From positions 1,953 to 65,952 of the forward strand of contig CAZMRQ010000001.1 of assembly GCA_964568795.1 (NCBI GenBank): a DNA stretch of 64,000 bases, read 5' to 3'. The DNA is from an uncultured Gammaproteobacteria bacterium. GTDB lineage: Bacteria; Pseudomonadota; Gammaproteobacteria; Comchoanobacterales; Comchoanobacteraceae. A program made the position numbers and the translations under genes. The notes under the pieces are model-generated. The model saw nothing but the letters and a program-made list of their open reading frames with translations. It ran no database searches and had not been told where the DNA came from. This document shows positions 10,269 through 19,425 of the stretch, one piece after another; position 1 is the stretch's first letter, and the number at the start of each line of letters is the position of its first letter.

Positions 10269-12077
10269 ATGATAAAAAAAATTAGAAATGTTGCCATTAT
10301 CGCTCATGTGGATCATGGCAAAACAACCTTGGTGGATAAACTATTGCAGCAAAGCGGTTCTTTGGGTCGCAAACAAACTGCCACACGTATCATGGATTCC
10401 AATGAGTTGGAGAAAGAGCGTGGCATCACTATATTAGCTAAAAATACGGCCATTGATTGGCAAGGTGTGCGCATTAATATTGTCGATACGCCTGGACATG
10501 CTGATTTTGGTGGAGAGGTTGAGCGTATATTATCCATGGTGGATGCTGTGTTGTTGGTGGTGGATTCGGTCGAGGGGCCTATGCCACAAACAAGGTTTGT
10601 GACGCAAAAAGCTTTTATGCATGGGTTGACCCCGCTTGTTGTCATTAATAAAATTGATAGACCGGGTGCACGGTGTGATGCTGTCATCGATGAAATATTC
10701 GATTTATTTATTCAGCTTGACGCAACGGATGAACAGTTAGACTTTTCTGTGATTTACGCATCAGCCCTGCAAGGCTTTGCAACACTGTCACTTGAGAAGA
10801 GCTCATCGGATATGGCACCACTTTTAGATTTGATAGTTGATTCTGTTCCGGAACCAGATGTCGATCAGTCAGGTCCTTTTTTGATGCAAGTATCTGCACT
10901 TGATTATTCCACGTATGTTGGGGCCATTGCGATAGGACGGATAAAGCGCGGGCAGGTCAAACGTCAAATGCCAATCATTATAACGGATAGCCAGGGGCAA
11001 CAAAAAAAAGGAAGAATTAAGCAGGTTCTTGTTAATCATGGGGTTGAGCGCATAGACGAAGAGACAGCCCAAGCAGGCGATATCGTCGGTATTGTAGGGG
11101 TAGAAAGGCCAAAAATATCAGATACAATTGCAGACATTGATCATCCTGAGATGATGGACCCTTTGGATGTTGATGAGCCTACAGTGCACATGACATTCAT
11201 GGTGAATAATAGTCCTTTTGTTGGACGGGATGGTCAGTTTGTGACGAGCAGGCAATTGTATGAACGGTTGCAACGTGAGCTCATTCATAATGTGGCACTT
11301 CGTGTTGAAACAACCGAAAGCTCTGACCGCTTTAGAGTTTCTGGGCGTGGAGAGCTTCATCTTGCTATTCTTATCGAGACTATGAGACGTGAGGGGTATG
11401 AGTTGGCTGTGTCACGTCCACAGGTTATATATAAAACCATAGATGGAAAGAGTTGTGAGCCAATTGAGCGGTTGGTGGTGGATACACCGCCAGAGTTTCA
11501 GGGGCAAGTGATGGCCTTACTAGGGCCAAGAGGTGCGCAAGTGCATGAAATAGGCCATTCAGATCAGAGGATGCGTATAACATTTATTGTGCCAACCAGG
11601 GGTCTTTTTGGTTTTCAGACTGCTTTGCTGACTGCAACACAAGGAACAGCTTTAATGAGTCATGTTTTTGACCATTATGCGGTTAAACAAAAAGATGTAG
11701 TAAGCCAAAGAGTTCAAGGCGTCTTAGTGGCCAATGCGGCAGGAACTGCCACGGCATATGCCCTTTGGAACTTGCAGGGTCGGGGCAGGATGATGATCAA
11801 GCCTCAAGAAGAAGTCTATGAAGGGATGGTAGTTGGCCTGCATTCGCGTGAGAATGATTTGGTCGTTAATGTACAAAGGACCAAACAATTAACCAATGTC
11901 CGTGCCTCGGGGTCTGATGACAATATCCTTCTTACTCCGCCATTCACTTTGACTTTGGAAGAAGCAATGACCTGGATAGGTGACGATGAACTAGTTGAGA
12001 TAACGCCTAAATATATGCGCATACGTAAGTACTACCTGAGGGAAGTTGAAAGAAAAAGAAATCGGCCAATTAACTAA
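10269..12077 (+). CDS. typA: Translational GTPase TypA/BipA
   Basis: 'RNVAIIAHVDHGKTTLVDKLL', 'DTPGHADFGGEVER', 'NKIDR'. 602 aa. Confidence 0.95.
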   Translation: MIKKIRNVAIIAHVDHGKTTLVDKLLQQSGSLGRKQTATRIMDSNELEKERGITILAKNTAIDWQGVRINIVDTPGHADFGGEVERILSMVDAVLLVVDSVEGPMPQTRFVTQKAFMHGLTPLVVINKIDRPGARCDAVIDEIFDLFIQLDATDEQLDFSVIYASALQGFATLSLEKSSSDMAPLLDLIVDSVPEPDVDQSGPFLMQVSALDYSTYVGAIAIGRIKRGQVKRQMPIIITDSQGQQKKGRIKQVLVNHGVERIDEETAQAGDIVGIVGVERPKISDTIADIDHPEMMDPLDVDEPTVHMTFMVNNSPFVGRDGQFVTSRQLYERLQRELIHNVALRVETTESSDRFRVSGRGELHLAILIETMRREGYELAVSRPQVIYKTIDGKSCEPIERLVVDTPPEFQGQVMALLGPRGAQVHEIGHSDQRMRITFIVPTRGLFGFQTALLTATQGTALMSHVFDHYAVKQKDVVSQRVQGVLVANAAGTATAYALWNLQGRGRMMIKPQEEVYEGMVVGLHSRENDLVVNVQRTKQLTNVRASGSDDNILLTPPFTLTLEEAMTWIGDDELVEITPKYMRIRKYYLREVERKRNRPIN

Positions 12078-15000
12078 GGCTTGCTGACAAAGTTAAAGGG
12101 GGCGGTGGGGCGACCTTTTCTTGCTTTTCCCTTGGTTTTTTCTCGATGTGAGGAGGAAAGATGTCACAGGGTGAATGATGCATAGACACGGATTCTTTTC
12201 TCTTTGCTAACCACTGTTTCAACTTACTTACTAAGGGCATTATTGTCATGTCAGCACATAGTATTTGATACGCTTGTGATAATGTTGGCAGATTCTTATC
12301 GGAGAAGCAATTTGCAAATAATAATGTGAGATGAAAGAGAAGTACTTCACGAATAATGGTGGGAATGCTGATAATCAGAGCGACGCTTAACAGTGCTTGA
12401 TAAACATATTGGCGAGGGCCTATCCGTATGGCAAAAGCGTAGTTGAGTGTTAGGAATACTTCAGTTATGAAAGAAACACGTCGCAAGTATGTAACAGCTG
12501 CTTTACAAATAAAATAATGGATTATACTTAAGCAAAAAAGAGCGTTACGGTATTTCCCCCAATTTCTAAATTCTTTTTTTAAAGACTGAGATAGATTCAC
12601 TTGATAAGGGAAGTTACGGAGAATCGTGAAAAAAAAGCCGGACCTAAAGAGCGGGATATAGTCTGAAAATTTTGCTTTTCTCAAATAATATTTGATGAGG
12701 ATGCTGATATTTTCTTGTTTGTCTTGGAACTGAGAGTTTTCACGAATCAGTTTGCAGCATTCTATTATTAAATTTCTAAGCTCTGATAAAGATGGGCTTT
12801 GAGATAGAATTTCCTGAGGAGAAAAAAGGCATAGTATGATTCGTAAACCTTCATCCCCCGGGGCATTCTGTTGACTATTAAGGTGTTCGGCCATTATCTC
12901 GAGGCAATGTTCACGTGTGGAATCACTGTAGTAAGATATGCTTTTTTTGATTGCAAGGTACGCACCTTCGAGGGCAAAAAATTCTTTGGTAAAAGTAGGG
13001 GTTAGTTTTCCAGAAATCATCGAAGAATTAGCATCTCTAGGGAGTGATTGCAATAATGAAATTTCATTAAGCCCACAGACGCTTATGTGTGTTGCTGCTG
13101 AGAATAACAGATGGGTGTCGATTAATGAAAAACCAAAAATCTGATCTGTACAGTTTGAACAAAAAATAATTTTTTCAATTGTTGTAGTTTCTGAAATATC
13201 AGGGAGTTTTGTTATGCTGAAATAGGGGTAGGTCCATGGTTTCGCTTTAGCTAAATTAATGAGCTCGATTATTTGGCTTTGATACTTAGAGTCGCCATTT
13301 TCAGTCGGCTCTTGACTTGGCTTGTCAAAAGGAGTGTTAATAAGTAGACGCATTAAAAATCGAGATATATCTGTGGAAGCACGCGATGAAACCTTTCTTT
13401 CTGGAGTAAAAAAAGGAGAGGGGTCCTTCGTTCCTTCAGGACTGCTCTTAGGCTCTGTCTCTTTTTCTTTGTTATAGGATCTAATCTGTTCCGTGAGCCA
13501 TAGGGATAGATCCCCAGCTTGGTTAGAAGAAAGGCCTCTTTGTTCTTTTAATGCTTCAATTATATCTTTTTTCGGATCTTTTTTGAGAAAACTTACGAAA
13601 TGGGGTGATGGGAGCATGCCTGTGTTGAGGTACTGTGATGATATATTTTTATTTCTAGTATAAATGGATGAAGTGATCATCTGTACAATGAAATTTTTTA
13701 AGCCTTCTGGGGTGAGATCCACTACTAGAAATGCATGAGCATATGATATAAGGGATGCTTCATGAGGAGAGGCACACATGCCTGTTGCTTCATTCATGAT
13801 TTTTTCGGCAGCTTGTAAGTTGCCCTCAAGAAACTGAAACTTAGCACGATAAAGTGAAGTACCTGTGTCTTTTTGAGGTAATGGCAGCTCTGGCTTGTGA
13901 AGATTCTCAATAGTTGTGTTATAGCGTATTTTGAAAATGAACAGCAATTCAGTTAACTCTATTTGACTCTGATGGAGTTGGCTTTGTGATTGACCCAGTT
14001 GTATATAGTTTGTTAGAACCTTTTTATGCAGCCGTGTGCTTATTTGATCGAGGCCAAGCTCATAAAGGCAGTCAGCAACATGATGGTGTAAGTTCTGAAG
14101 ATAAGCGGGGGCGTTGAGTTTTTTCATCAAGTTAATGGCATATAGCGCATAATAGAGGGAAAGGGCTTTATTTTGCATAAATAGGGCATAACCTAAGCGC
14201 ATTGCACACAAAGCTTGATCTACACCTTCTAAATTAGGAAACACCTCAGTCATTTTTTTTATTGCTTGTGTATACTGACCTCTGACGTAGCTTATGTAGG
14301 CTTGCATAAGAATATATCTGGGATTTGAAGTGTCCGAAAAACGATAGGGGTATAAGTCAAGCAGTGTAGTCGCTATTGATAGGTTGTTAGGATCACAGCT
14401 ATGAATATGAGACTCCACACATATAAGATATTTACCGGCGTCTGGATGATCTGAATCTATAAGATCACCCCATAGTTGTCGAATATGTCCCCATCTCTGC
14501 TCTTTCCGCATGACATCAATTCCTGTAAGACTCTCAGCTTTAGAGGAGGTAGGGGAGTGCTCTGGCAAAGACTGTGAGGCGAGAGAAATAATAGTATTAA
14601 GCAACGAAGCAATTTCTGGATTTAGGGAGGAGGCTGGCCATTTTTTTTTGATGTCATCTACAGAGGATATAGCCGGTTGTTCATTAAATATACAAGATAA
14701 AATATGGCTTGGCTGATGAGGGTGCGATTGTTCAGCCAGTTTCGTGTAGTGATCAGCAATTTCTTCAAATTGTTTTTCAGATTCTCTGTTAAGCGATATG
14801 AGCTTTCTATATGCAGCTGCGATCAATAAGTGTTGTAAAGGCAGTCCACTGTGGTGATACATTTGTTGAGTGGGCAGGGCGTCTAGAGTCTGACAATATA
14901 TTTCTAAATCGATCAAAGGAATATAGTTTTTGAGCAGGGTTGTCCGCCATTGGACAGACACATCGATGAACCTGCTAACAAGTGGTTGCTTGACGTAGTA

Positions 15001-15510
15001 TGAAGGGACTAATCTAAGAAACTGTCTTTCAATTTCAGAGAAGCCTGGCAGTGAACTATTCTTCTTGCTATCGGCGGTAGTTGAATGAAAGATTTCCAGC
15101 CACTCATTTGGTTTATTTTGTTGTAAGTACGTGAAAACCCTAAGAATGGATGCAAGGTATCGATCAGTTATTTGACATCGGCGCATTTTTGCTATAAACG
15201 GATGCCTAAACTTAGAAGGCTTCAAATCTTTGTCCAGCTGATCTAGGGTGATATGATCTTTAAAATGTTCTGTAAGCCATTCTCTTTTTGCATCGTTCAT
15301 GATCATGTTTTTATAGCCTTCAACGAGCCGTTTGTCGGAAGAAGTCACAAGAGAGTGGGGGACTATATTTGTATGGACGCCCTGAAGACGGAAAATCACG
15401 TCTTCCCAATCTCTCGCAATGCCAGTTTTCTCGTGCATTCGCCAATTTTTTTGTTTGTCGATCAGAGCAAGGATCTCGGGGTGTGTTTGATGCGGTGAAT
15501 TTTGCTTCAT
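12070..15510 (-). CDS. Orphan 1146-aa protein with TPR-like helical repeats and C-terminal hydrophobic hairpins; candidate effector
   Basis: Uninterrupted 3.4-kb ORF in AT-rich DNA. TPR-like stretches include 'YILMQAYISYVRGQYTQAIKKM' and 'AMRLGYALFMQNKALSLYYALYAINL'. The C-terminal ~150 aa contain several long hydrophobic segments and a 'VAPPPPLTLSASLS' tail. No recognisable catalytic motif. Confidence 0.8.
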   Translation of the reverse strand: MKQNSPHQTHPEILALIDKQKNWRMHEKTGIARDWEDVIFRLQGVHTNIVPHSLVTSSDKRLVEGYKNMIMNDAKREWLTEHFKDHITLDQLDKDLKPSKFRHPFIAKMRRCQITDRYLASILRVFTYLQQNKPNEWLEIFHSTTADSKKNSSLPGFSEIERQFLRLVPSYYVKQPLVSRFIDVSVQWRTTLLKNYIPLIDLEIYCQTLDALPTQQMYHHSGLPLQHLLIAAAYRKLISLNRESEKQFEEIADHYTKLAEQSHPHQPSHILSCIFNEQPAISSVDDIKKKWPASSLNPEIASLLNTIISLASQSLPEHSPTSSKAESLTGIDVMRKEQRWGHIRQLWGDLIDSDHPDAGKYLICVESHIHSCDPNNLSIATTLLDLYPYRFSDTSNPRYILMQAYISYVRGQYTQAIKKMTEVFPNLEGVDQALCAMRLGYALFMQNKALSLYYALYAINLMKKLNAPAYLQNLHHHVADCLYELGLDQISTRLHKKVLTNYIQLGQSQSQLHQSQIELTELLFIFKIRYNTTIENLHKPELPLPQKDTGTSLYRAKFQFLEGNLQAAEKIMNEATGMCASPHEASLISYAHAFLVVDLTPEGLKNFIVQMITSSIYTRNKNISSQYLNTGMLPSPHFVSFLKKDPKKDIIEALKEQRGLSSNQAGDLSLWLTEQIRSYNKEKETEPKSSPEGTKDPSPFFTPERKVSSRASTDISRFLMRLLINTPFDKPSQEPTENGDSKYQSQIIELINLAKAKPWTYPYFSITKLPDISETTTIEKIIFCSNCTDQIFGFSLIDTHLLFSAATHISVCGLNEISLLQSLPRDANSSMISGKLTPTFTKEFFALEGAYLAIKKSISYYSDSTREHCLEIMAEHLNSQQNAPGDEGLRIILCLFSPQEILSQSPSLSELRNLIIECCKLIRENSQFQDKQENISILIKYYLRKAKFSDYIPLFRSGFFFTILRNFPYQVNLSQSLKKEFRNWGKYRNALFCLSIIHYFICKAAVTYLRRVSFITEVFLTLNYAFAIRIGPRQYVYQALLSVALIISIPTIIREVLLFHLTLLFANCFSDKNLPTLSQAYQILCADMTIMPLVSKLKQWLAKRKESVSMHHSPCDIFPPHIEKKPREKQEKVAPPPPLTLSASLS

Positions 15511-15539
15511 GGGTCTATAAAATTAGTATATATCTTACT

Positions 15540-15567
15540 ATCATAGCGTGATCTAAGATGCTGTCAA
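15540..15567 (-). promoter_or_regulatory. Sigma70-like promoter candidate for the 1146-aa ORF
   Basis: On the minus strand: TTGACA (15567..15562), a 16-nt spacer, then TATGAT (15545..15540), about 30 nt upstream of ATG 15510. Confidence 0.4.
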
Positions 15568-15694
15568 TGAATGCTTGCAGTTCTCAGAGGCTTATCTGTG
15601 CCATTCAGTGGTAGGATCTCATTAATCTGTGTAATATATAGTATTGGCTTTTTATATATGACATAATGTTTGAAAATCAGGGTGTTCAATAACT

Positions 15695-16960
15695 ATGCAA
15701 ACAGTATTAGCCAGATGGGTTCATGAAGACAACAAGCTTATGCCGTGGGTGGTGTGCTTGAGTGCAGGGCTCTTCTTTTTTTATGATTTTATTCAACTCA
15801 ATATTATGAGTAGCATTGGCACATCATTGGTAGGAGAGTTTCATTTGACGGCGACTCAGTTAGGGCGTATGGCGTCTGTTTATTTGGATGCACAGGTCGG
15901 CTTCTTATTGTTTAGTGGGTATTTATTGGATAGGGTGTCGACGCGAAAACTCATATTAGTGGGCATGCTAGCCAGTGTTCTCAGTACGGCGTGGTTTGCT
16001 GTTTCAGCTGATTTGAATATGATGAAAAGTGCACGAGCCGTTGCTGGAGCTACTGGTTCTTTTTGCTTTTTGAGTTGTATTGTCTTGGCCACACGGTGGT
16101 TCAAGCCTAAACAAATGGCAACAGTGACTGGAATTATCGGTTCAATGGCAATGCTTGGTGGAGCTATGGCACAAAGGCCAATGGATATGCTGGTGAGTTC
16201 TTGGGGGTGGCGTTATGCCATGCTTGTTAATGCAGTTTTTGGTGCCTTGTTGTTTGTATGGATGTGTTTTTTTGTTATTGATAGTCCTGATGGGAAGTCT
16301 CATGTACGCCAATCACGGCAACTTTCATTTTTTAAAAGCATCGCGATGGTTATCAAAAAGCCACAAAATTGGCTGGCTGGGTGGTATACAGCATTAATGA
16401 ATTCTGTGGTGTTTGTCCTAGGAGCTGTGTGGGGAACACAGTATTTAATTGAGGTTCATCATCTGACTCATACACAGGCCACATCAATTACTATGATGAT
16501 ATTTTTTGGCACTACATTGGGATCTCCTTTGGTAGGGGTGATATCTGATAAGATGGAACTACGTAAAAAGCCGATGATATATGGCTCGTTGATGTCACTG
16601 GTGCTTATCTTCGTCCTCATGTCCAGTACAATGTGGTCTGTGGTTTCTTTAGGAATTATTTTTTTCCTTTTAGGTTTAGTAACGAGTACTCAAATAATTA
16701 CTTATCCTATTATCTTTGAATCAAATCGAAGTGATGTTGTAGGGATGTGTGAAAGCTTTGCCGCAGTTATTATCTTAGGAGCTGGGTCTTTCCTGCAGCC
16801 ATTTTTTGGCATGATCATGGATATGGGGAAAACAGCAGCCAATAATGGATACGTCTCCAGTGATTATCAAACAGCTATTTGTTTGTTCCCAGTTTGCTTT
16901 ATCATCAGTTTTGTGTTGAGTGCTTTTCTAAAAGAGACAGGCTGCAAAAAGATTTCATAA
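15695..16960 (+). CDS. MFS transporter (second ~420-aa carrier; possibly Pht-like)
   Basis: 12-TM-like hydrophobicity. 'LLDRVSTRKLILVGM' resembles the MFS loop 2-3 motif. Length and architecture are similar to 7273..8523. Confidence 0.8.
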   Translation: MQTVLARWVHEDNKLMPWVVCLSAGLFFFYDFIQLNIMSSIGTSLVGEFHLTATQLGRMASVYLDAQVGFLLFSGYLLDRVSTRKLILVGMLASVLSTAWFAVSADLNMMKSARAVAGATGSFCFLSCIVLATRWFKPKQMATVTGIIGSMAMLGGAMAQRPMDMLVSSWGWRYAMLVNAVFGALLFVWMCFFVIDSPDGKSHVRQSRQLSFFKSIAMVIKKPQNWLAGWYTALMNSVVFVLGAVWGTQYLIEVHHLTHTQATSITMMIFFGTTLGSPLVGVISDKMELRKKPMIYGSLMSLVLIFVLMSSTMWSVVSLGIIFFLLGLVTSTQIITYPIIFESNRSDVVGMCESFAAVIILGAGSFLQPFFGMIMDMGKTAANNGYVSSDYQTAICLFPVCFIISFVLSAFLKETGCKKIS

Positions 16961-16963
16961 TAT

Positions 16964-17278
16964 TTAGTCTACTTTGAAAGCATAGTCGGCATAGGGCTGT
17001 GCCGAATAGTAACTGTGGCAACTTAAATGCACGCCATGGCTTTTGCAATGAGTGAGGCACGAGTGTAGTCCATTAGAGGATGAAGGCATATGGCAGCTCA
17101 TACAAGCATTTTTACAAGCCGTGATCGTTTGTGTCTCTGTGAGTATATGAGAAGAGTGGCTTTCAACAACGTGTGATATTAAATAAGCTATGATGATGAG
17201 ACACATGGAGACGTATACAGTGATAGCCTTTGATGTCATGATTTTCCCTAAAAGATCTATTTTAGGTGTATACAACAT
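16964..17278 (-). CDS. Small membrane-anchored Cys/His-rich protein containing a CXXCH motif
   Basis: ATG 17278 is preceded by GAGGA. One TM helix ('AITVYVSMCLIIIAYLISHVV') is followed by 'ACKNACMSCHMPSSSNGLHSCLTHCKSHGVHLSCH'. Function unknown. Confidence 0.5.
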   Translation of the reverse strand: MLYTPKIDLLGKIMTSKAITVYVSMCLIIIAYLISHVVESHSSHILTETQTITACKNACMSCHMPSSSNGLHSCLTHCKSHGVHLSCHSYYSAQPYADYAFKVD

Positions 17279-17361
17279 TTTTTCCTCTAGGGTGTGATTT
17301 TCTAAGAAATGTGATAAGATACAGAAAGATACAGGCCTTGCAAGCATCTGAGGGATAAGCG

Positions 17362-18414
17362 GTGATCTATTATATTTGGCAAAGAATTTTACTCATTGTA
17401 CCAACACTCATTGGTGTTTTGCTTATTAATTTTGTTGTTATTCAATTCGTCCCAGGTGGTCCGGTTGATCAGGCAATTGCTGAGTGGCAAGGCGTGGAGA
17501 GAATTGGTGTTGTATCCTCTGTAAGTCAAGACATGCTTTCTAAATCAGCTTCGAGAGATGTTGATGAAGAGCTGGTTTTAGAACTGAAGAAATATTACCA
17601 TTTTGATAAGCCTGCTTATGAAAGATTTTTATTGATGCTGAAGCAGTTTGCCACATTTTCATTTGAAGAGAGTTATTTTCATCATAAACCCGTTATTGAA
17701 CTCATTAAAGAAGCGCTGCCAGTATCAGCAAGTCTGGGGATTCTGAGTACATTATTAATCTATTTTGTGAGTATTCCATGGGGCATTCTCAGGGCAAGGC
17801 ATGTGAACACACGGTTTGATGCTGTCAGTGGCTTGGTACTGTCCTGTGCTTATGCGCTGCCTGCATTTCTTGTTGCTTTGCTCTTACTTGAATTTTTTGC
17901 ATCTGGGTCATGGTTTGCATGGTTTCCTTTGCGTGGGTTAGTGTCGGATTCACAGCTAACAGGAGGGGCTTATTTCATTGATTGGTTATGGCACATGGTT
18001 TTGCCTGTTCTGTCCATGTCTTTGGGAGGGTTTGCTGCATTAAGCTTTTTAACACGTAACAGTTTTCTAGAGGAGGTGCGTAAGAATTATGTTCTTTTGG
18101 CACAAGCTAAAGGGATGAGCTATAAGAAAGTTCTTATCCGGCATGTATTTCGTAATGCCATGTTGATAGTGATAGCGGGTTTTCCAGCTGCACTTATTGG
18201 CATGTTCTTTACCGGCTCACTGATGATCGAAATTATCTTCTCTCTTAAAGGGTTGGGCTTGCTGGGGTATAACTCTATTTTAAATCGGGATTATCCTGTT
18301 GTTTTTGCTAGTTTGTATTTGTTTTCATTATTGGGACTGATTGTTTCAATTGTGAGTGATGTGTGTTATTCGTGGATTGATCCAAGAATTAATTTTCAAA
18401 AGAACAAGGAGTAG
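17362..18414 (+). CDS. yejB: Peptide/microcin C-type ABC transporter permease YejB
   Basis: Collinear with recalled E. coli YejB: 'FVVIQFVPGGPVDQAIAE', 'FPLRGLVS', 'LTRNSFLEEVRKNYVLLAQAKGMS', 'HVFRNAMLIVIAGFPA'. Confidence 0.85.
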   Translation: MIYYIWQRILLIVPTLIGVLLINFVVIQFVPGGPVDQAIAEWQGVERIGVVSSVSQDMLSKSASRDVDEELVLELKKYYHFDKPAYERFLLMLKQFATFSFEESYFHHKPVIELIKEALPVSASLGILSTLLIYFVSIPWGILRARHVNTRFDAVSGLVLSCAYALPAFLVALLLLEFFASGSWFAWFPLRGLVSDSQLTGGAYFIDWLWHMVLPVLSMSLGGFAALSFLTRNSFLEEVRKNYVLLAQAKGMSYKKVLIRHVFRNAMLIVIAGFPAALIGMFFTGSLMIEIIFSLKGLGLLGYNSILNRDYPVVFASLYLFSLLGLIVSIVSDVCYSWIDPRINFQKNKE

Positions 18415-18417
18415 CCG

Positions 18418-19425
18418 GTGCAAATGGGGAAATTATGGCAAAGGCTGATTCGGCAGAGGTCTGCACGCGCATCTTTTATGATCTTGCTGGCCATGTTGGC
18501 CGTATCATTTCTCGGTCCACTAATATGTAATAGCCAGCCATACTTGGTGTCATATAAGTCCAAAATGTATATGCCAATAGTCTATCAAATGACAGAGAAC
18601 GAGATAGGCGGAAAAACTTCAATGGCACTGGACTTCCACCACCCTCAAGTCGTACAAGAGATCAACGAACATGGTTGGATGATATGGCCACCAGTGAGGT
18701 TTGATTCTCAGAGTATTGACTGGGAAAGAGTTGTCTCTCTTCCATCACCGCCATCGGGGCGTCATCCTTTGGGCCAATTGGAGGATGGTCGGGATACGTT
18801 GGCTGTTCTTTTAGGTGGGATTAGGGTGTCTGTGTTATTTGGTTGTTCGCTTACTTTATTGAGCACTGTTTTAGGACTTATTGTGGGCATGATACAGGGG
18901 TATTATGGAGGTTGGGTTGATCTGATAGGGCAGAGGATTCTTGATATATGGGCAAGTATACCAAGTCTGTATTTGCTTATCATTTTAGCTAGTTTGACTT
19001 CGCGTAGTTTGTTATGGCTGTTTGTTATTCTACTGTTGTTTAGTTGGATGAGCTTAGTCGGTGTAGTTCGTGCAGAGACTCTACGCAATAGGTCAATGGA
19101 CTATGTGTCAGCTGCAGTGATGATGGGTGTTTCGCATACGCGGATTATTTTTCGACATATCATGCCCAACTCAACAGTCGCTGCAGTATCGATGCTCCCG
19201 TTTATGCTCGCAGGCTCAATGACTACGCTATCTGCTCTAAATTTCTTAGGGTTTGGATTGCCAGCTTATGAGCCATCATTGGGGGGGATTTTAGCACAAG
19301 CCTATAGGCATTTAGACGCTTCATGGTTGGTATTAACTGCTATCTTGACAACGGGAGGACTGCTGACGTTGTTTGTGGTTTTAGGTACTGCACTGCGCCA
19401 AGCAATGGACCCACATTATGGTTAG
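18418..19425 (+). CDS. yejE: ABC transporter permease YejE
   Basis: DppC/OppC-type permease features ('RVSVLFG', 'SYVSAAVMMGVSHTRIIFRHIMPN'), positioned between yejB and yejF. Confidence 0.8.
   Translation: MQMGKLWQRLIRQRSARASFMILLAMLAVSFLGPLICNSQPYLVSYKSKMYMPIVYQMTENEIGGKTSMALDFHHPQVVQEINEHGWMIWPPVRFDSQSIDWERVVSLPSPPSGRHPLGQLEDGRDTLAVLLGGIRVSVLFGCSLTLLSTVLGLIVGMIQGYYGGWVDLIGQRILDIWASIPSLYLLIILASLTSRSLLWLFVILLLFSWMSLVGVVRAETLRNRSMDYVSAAVMMGVSHTRIIFRHIMPNSTVAAVSMLPFMLAGSMTTLSALNFLGFGLPAYEPSLGGILAQAYRHLDASWLVLTAILTTGGLLTLFVVLGTALRQAMDPHYG

Noticed and set aside
10313-10687. 124-aa ORF antisense to typA, and similar antisense or alternate-frame ORFs (e.g. 2335..2691, 4460..4786, 38161..38499, 48627..48989, 54377..54691, 31424..31705)
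   Set aside because: All lie inside longer ORFs with clear family motifs or much greater length. They show no motifs of their own and are typical chance ORFs.
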